Assembly (NCBI GenBank): GCA_013265495.1
Contig: MU057951.1
Coordinates: 345,599-396,955, forward strand
Source of the DNA: Vicugna vicugna
Taxonomy: Eukaryota
Length of the DNA stretch: 51,357 nt
Direction: 5' to 3'
The translations under genes and the position numbers were made by a program. This document shows positions 46,065 to 51,357 of this stretch, in pieces (the first letter of the stretch is position 1; each line of letters opens with the position of its first letter). A model generated the notes under the pieces. The model saw only the letters and a program-made list of their open reading frames with translations. It was not told the origin of the DNA and searched no databases.

Positions 46065-46951
46065 TCTTTTTAGATGTTCAAGGATAATAGTTCTGTTGCT
46101 TTAGATGTTTGGGAAGGTAGCCTTTATATCTTTTTATTCTTCACTCTTCAAAACACCGGAGTTCCCAGAGAGACTGCTCTCTTGCTTGGTCTATGAATTG
46201 TTTGAAGGCTAATTTGGTCAGGGATTCTGGGTTCCAGTTACAGCAGATGTCTCTGGATCTCAAAGCCTCAAGCAGTTCCAGGGACTTTCTTCATTAAATC
46301 CTCTCTATATCCTGAACTAACGTATCAGGGGCGTGGGACTAACGGCAGATGGTAAAGCAAATGGACTAGAAAAGGGACCTCCGAGGCCGGGTGAGCCCGG
46401 TCCTGAAGGAATTCGTCTTCTAAACTTACGTCCTGGGGGTGTGAGGCTAGGCAAAAGGGGCACTACTTGGGTCAGTTCAGTAGGGGAACAATAACTCTCG
46501 GGTGTTCTGTGACAGAATCAGGTAGGAGACTTTCTCAAAGAAGTAGCATCTTAGCCTCCGAGGGCACAGGGTCGTTGATTCATTGGCTGTCTATGTTCTT
46601 TTCCCTCCCAGTGTAGCCACCCTGTGCCGGTGTCGCAGACAAGACAAGGGAGGGTTTCCGTTGCGTCCGCCTGGCCGCTCCCCTCACGGGGACGAAGGTG
46701 CCTCTTAGCTTTGGCGGGTCAATATAAGCCGCTGACTCCGATCGGGACCATGAGGGACCGACACCGCCCTGAGCCGTATGAGGTCACCACGGAACCGCAG
46801 GTTGGGACTCACTCGAACTCCGTAGCAGAATGCTGTGGAGCTACAAACTCGAGCCTGATCGCATGCTTCACAGGCGGCTCATTCACTCACATACACACAC
46901 ACACACACAGAGGTTAACAACAGTCCTCCCACCAATACCAATATTCTGTTT

Positions 46952-47100
46952 CCTGTAGGAGGGGATCAGCCTCCTCTTCTGTCCACTGGGACAGGACCTG
47001 ATTCCTGACCTTATTTCCCCGTCTGAAATACCATCAGATGGAGAGCCTGTAGGAGGGGATCAGCCTCCTCTTCTGTCCACTGGGACAGGACCTGATTCCT
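46952..47100. repeat. Perfect 55-bp direct repeat in the proviral leader (46952-47006, 47046-47100)
   Basis: cctgtaggaggggatcagcctcctcttctgtccactgggacaggacctgattcct occurs twice. Confidence 0.95.
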
Positions 47101-47321
47101 CCCGGGGGATACTACCTTGTCCGGAGGGCCACCTGGTGAGTCTGTCCGTCCCTCCACGGAGTCTGGCTCTGGTTGTAGCCCAGCCACCCGGGGGCCGAGT
47201 TGCCGTCACGAAAGAGAACCCGGAATACCGTCGGGCGGCGCCACCTCATTCGCTGCCGGAGTTCCGTCCCCCGGTCGGCCGGAGCCACCAGTCCAGCGGC
47301 TCAAGGGGCCGGCGTGGTTGT

Positions 47322-47339
47322 ATCTCGCTGGGGCCTCCA
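47322..47339 (-). promoter_or_regulatory. Primer binding site, tRNA-Thr
   Basis: TGGAGGCCCCAGCGAGAT is complementary to the tRNA-Thr(UGU) 3' end (...ATCTCGCTGGGGCCTCCA). Confidence 0.88.
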
Positions 47340-47343
47340 GAAA

Positions 47344-47753
47344 TGTTACGGAAACAACAGGCCAGCCAAGAAACAAGCACCACTCGGAGGGTTGGAGTAC
47401 TCAGATTTATTACGCCGGCGGGCCCAGAGGGACTTCTGCTCCGAAGCACTGAGCACCTCCAAGACTTGCACATGAGGTTTTATAGGGTTAATTACAAGTA
47501 TGGGGCTATTAGCCAATAAGGCTCAAACAACAAAAAGCAAGGAATCAGTACACTGGAGCTTACCAATTTGGAACAGATCACGTTACTGATACTTGTTGAG
47601 CTTGGAATTACGAGTTAGCTTGTTAGCCCAATAAACTGACACTAAACTTCAGATTTACGAGTTAGCCCAGCAGAACTTAGATCAGTAAACCAACACTTAT
47701 CACACTTAAATTTGTGACTTAGCTTGTTAGCCCAGCTGGGCTTTTCCTTCACA
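47344..47753 (-). repeat. 5' LTR of the gamma-like provirus
   Basis: Direct repeat of 38710-39119, adjoining the PBS. Confidence 0.97.
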
Positions 47754-48190
47754 TGCTTATATAGGTATAATTAATCAAATTGCCATGAATCATAACTAGC
47801 TTAAGGAGAAGAGTTTCTTTATGTCTGGGAAACAGGTTAAAAGCCAGTAGTATTTCAAACAAAATCAAAAATTATAACCATATTCATCAGTTTACTCAGT
47901 CCCATGTAACTAATTCTTTTAATCAGAGTTTTCATTAGACCTTTAAAATTTCTTACCCAGTTTATTTCAGTGCTATAGTTTGAAATTTATTAGAAACCAG
48001 TATATCTCCTTGAAGAGAAAGCATTTTGCAAAATCATCAGAAGAAAACAATTACCTGTCTATTAATGACAAAAGATTTAACAGCACGGTTAAACACTGTT
48101 ACACTATAATCGATAAAGAAACCTGGTCACAATAACCAGAATTATGACTGGTAACATTTCAGATATACCAGAATTTTAGGGAGTCCATAT

Positions 48191-48654
48191 TGTGAAGGAA
48201 AAGCTGGGCTGGTCTAACAAGATAACTCACAAGTCTAGGAATGTGAAGGAGAGGCTGGGCTGGTCTAACAAGATAACTCACAAATCTAAGTATTGGAATA
48301 CTGATCTGAGTTCTGCTAGACTAAATTGTAAATCTAGGTTAGTTAGTGTTGGTTTGCTGTTCATGTTTTTTGCTAGCCAGCTGGGTTTTCAAAGATACAT
48401 ATCTGGCTTTGGAATGTTGGTTTGCTGCCTCCCTGCCTCCACCTTTGTGATGATAATGCTGCTAATGCTGTTCCATGCCTATTGGCCAAATATCCCAAGC
48501 TTGTACTTTACCCTATAAAACCTCATGCGCAAGTCTTGGAGGTGCTCAGAGCTTCAGAGCAGAAGCCCCTCTGAGCCCGCCGGCATGATACATCTGAGTA
48601 CTCCAACCCTCCGATTGGTGCTTGTTTCTTGACTGGCCTGTCGTTTCCAAAACA
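48191..48654 (+). mobile_element. Solo LTR related to the gamma-like provirus LTR (different U3 variant)
   Basis: tgtgaaggaaaagc...aaca; R/U5 closely match the reverse complement of 47344-47490; TSD ATAT (48187-48190, 48655-48658). Confidence 0.93.
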
Positions 48655-50526
48655 ATATAATTTCTAGACTGTCTATATTAATAATACTTTCTCATACAAT
48701 ATAAACTAGGAAGAATTACTATTCATTTGACAATACTTCCCATGTTATTTAACATGCCAAATGAAACTTACTAGTTTAAAATCTCTCTTTGGGATATTTC
48801 AGGGACCCTCAGTAGCATCCCAAAATTAACTGGAGATTAAAAGAACTTTAATTAGAAATTGATGTTTGGGGAGTTTGTTAAAAGATTTCAAAACACTTCG
48901 TCAGATAAAATTATAGATCACTGTAAAGAAGTACTTATTCATTAACAAGAAAATATAATATTTCAAAAGGCAGAACAGATCAGTTAAGTGGTATAAGAAG
49001 TTTTACAATCTGTTACTGAAGGTGGATTAACATTTTAAGAAAATTTTGTCCTCTTAATAGAGAGAAAACCAAATCTAGTCTTGTACCAGCTTACTTCTAA
49101 GATTCAGTTTCTTTGCCCAAATTGATTCTAAACTTAGCCAATTCCGACCACGTTCAAAAGTCTTTTCTCAGGGTTCCACTTCCACAAGCCTTCCACAGCT
49201 TTCTATTCTCATATTAGTGTGTCCCTTATTTTCTCTTCCATTCAGAAGTAACCTGCTTAATGATACAGTCACTATTTTTCATTAACAAAATATAATTCCA
49301 TTCCTTATATCTTCCTTTACACATTTATCTTACTTTCCTAGGATACTGAGATCTTTCCCTTAATAATAGAGACTATTTCAGGGTGGCACCAACTATTTAT
49401 TAATATTTCTAAACACCTTTAGTTTCTCTGTAAGAGGAAGTTAAATGTTAAGTAATTCATATTTCAATCTTATTTTATCTCAAAATGGCATAGCTATTTA
49501 ATCAACTTCTCTCATTTAACTTACTTTAGCCCAACTCTAGAATTTAAAGATACCTAATATTTAGAGATTATCTTAATCATACATTTTAAAAATATATTTT
49601 AAAGAATTTACCCAAAGCTCTCTTCTCATTTGCATTTAATTTACTAAAAATTTTATCATACCACATTACTTTTTTTTTGACAAATCTGCAACACATATAA
49701 CAGGATCTTATTTGACTTTCATTAAACCTAGGTACAGAAAGGGTATTATACTTAATATTGATGACTTTAAAGGTGTCTATATTAATTAGAACATACTTAA
49801 ACTAAATTTAATACCAAGTATTATCTTAATATTGAATATTTTCAAGTTTATGTGAACCTGAAGGTCAATTTTGTCAGTTTTTATTTTAAAAATACTTAGC
49901 TTGTAAGCTCTTATTTTTTTTACGTCAATTAAGCAGAGCTCTTTGACTTTGATTTTTTTTAGCCGTAGAAATATCTCATATCTATAATGTGTACGCAGGC
50001 TTATAAATAGACAAAAGCTAAAGCTCTAATAGCTTCACTTTCAAACTTACCTATGAGATAGGTATAATAATAGTTGGAGTAAGCTGAATTTGCTTGCTCA
50101 AATCACTAAGGCTTACTATTTTTGAAAAAGGCATTTAAGATTTCTTGAGAAAGTCTGAAGGACCCGTCAGAGTTCCGAGTTCTAAAATGCCAAAAATTTC
50201 TTTGGCCTTAAGTTTTATCTCCTTGAGCTAATTAGGCTCAGTCCTAGGTGACTGTTTGCTGTATTTACATTTCTGATCTGAAAGACAAAGACACATGCTT
50301 CCAGTTCCCCAGAGAACTGCTCTGTCACTTAGGCCCAATTGTATCTCCTTAATTTGCTTTTTTGTATCAGTGACAAGAACTGTATACAAAGAATTCCATG
50401 TTTTAAAACTTTAAGGTTTACTTTATCATGTCTTCCAAAGATTGCATAATGCATTTAGTAAGGTCTCTTTTCCTTGAGTTATAAGTTAAACCCAGGTTAA
50501 ACTTCTTACTATATTTTTTATTAGCC

Positions 50527-50854
50527 ACTGAATATTAGTTTTTAGTTTTACGTTATATTGGAAGACTCATGTAACTCTATTGGTTTCCATTAGTTTATTC
50601 ACTTACTATTTTCTGAGGGACAGATATGTGCCCAGTCTTATAATACCAAGAAGGGAAACGTTTTTCCATTGAATCATATATATCCCACAAACTGAAGATT
50701 AGTTTTTAGTTTTACGTTATATTGGAAGACTCATGTAACTCTATTGGTTTCCATTAGTTTATTCACTTACTATTTTCTGAGGGACAGATATGTGCCCAGT
50801 CTTATAATACCAAGAAGGGAAACGTTTTTCCATTGAATCATATATATCCCACAA
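50527..50854. repeat. 164-bp tandem duplication (50527-50690, 50691-50854)
   Basis: The two copies differ at one position by eye. Confidence 0.95.
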
Positions 50855-51357
50855 TATAATAAAGCAAAATATTTATATAAAGCCCATTTAAATATACCAA
50901 ATTTACAAACTTTTATCTCAATTTTATTAATTTTTATACCTTTAATTTTAATATTTTTTAGGTTTAATCAATAATTTTTATTTCTAGAAGGAGTGCCAGA
51001 AGCCTTTTCCTTTTTTCTTTTTCTTTTATTTTCTTTTTTTTCTTTCTTTTCTTTTTTTTGTGCACTGTATCCAATTTTATAGAAAAGTCTCTGGGATTGC
51101 CAAGTTTAAATAAAACGGACTTGTTTGAACTTTAATGTTGGGGGGTCAGTAGTTGATTTCTTTGGGCTTTTATTTCTTTAACTTTATGTAGTGTAGTATC
51201 AAAACCTTGTATTTAAATCCAAAAATGTCCATTTTATTTATCTCATTCAAAATAACCATTTAAAAATATTTGCCCAATTGGGATAAGCTCATTATCTTTT
51301 TTTTTGCATTAAGAAAAAATCTTTCGACATTTTTACATTCCTTTTTCCAGTTACTCA

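Larger units (their letters stand above)
38710..47753 (-). mobile_element. Complete gammaretrovirus-like (class I) provirus, 9044 bp, coding-defective
   Basis: Two 410-bp LTRs; 4-bp TSD TGCT (38706-38709, 47754-47757); tRNA-Thr PBS; PPT; gag-pro-pol-env. Confidence 0.97.
36597..51357 (-). mobile_element. Old ERV1 (MER4-group-like, AT-rich internal region, probably non-autonomous), hosting two nested insertions and running past the window end
   Basis: LTR 36597-37089; PPT (aagggggagcac on minus) after it; env TM remnant FLLVTLLILLPVLIISCLFYK (about 37440-37507); integrase C-terminal remnant PHDLQPGDYTYW...LQPEWKDP (about 38050-38145); AT-rich internal sequence resumes after each nested insert. 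Confidence 0.72.

Noticed and set aside
46952..47100. Repeat-spacer-repeat resembling a CRISPR unit
   Set aside because: Only two copies, in a mammalian retroviral leader, with no cas genes.

Overview
Mammalian genomic DNA, probably camelid judging from the short tRNA-derived SINEs and the L1 type. No host exon is recognisable, and the window is dominated by retroelements. (1) A complete class III ERV-S-like provirus (5177-11596, minus strand; tRNA-Ser PBS, 5-bp TSD AGAAA) with decayed gag-pro-pol and a gamma-type env, inserted in a MIR; a solo LTR of the same family lies at 23416-23776. (2) A TSD-flanked L1 (31070-34402, plus strand) with 5'UTR, ORF1 and 3'UTR but essentially no ORF2. (3) A nest from 36597 to the window end: an old AT-rich ERV1 containing a complete gammaretrovirus-like provirus (38710-47753; tRNA-Thr PBS, TSD TGCT, RD114/D-type-like env) and a related solo LTR. 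(4) Further L1, MIR, L2, SINE and LTR fragments. The most striking observation concerns the ERV-S env, which has no ATG or signal peptide of its own. A 43-codon hydrophobic ORF starts inside the 5' LTR, runs through U5 and the PBS to a consensus splice donor, and joins env in frame at a strong acceptor. The ERV-S pol also appears to carry a catalytically dead dUTPase-like domain. All alignments and counts were done by eye; family names come from recalled motifs, not database searches.
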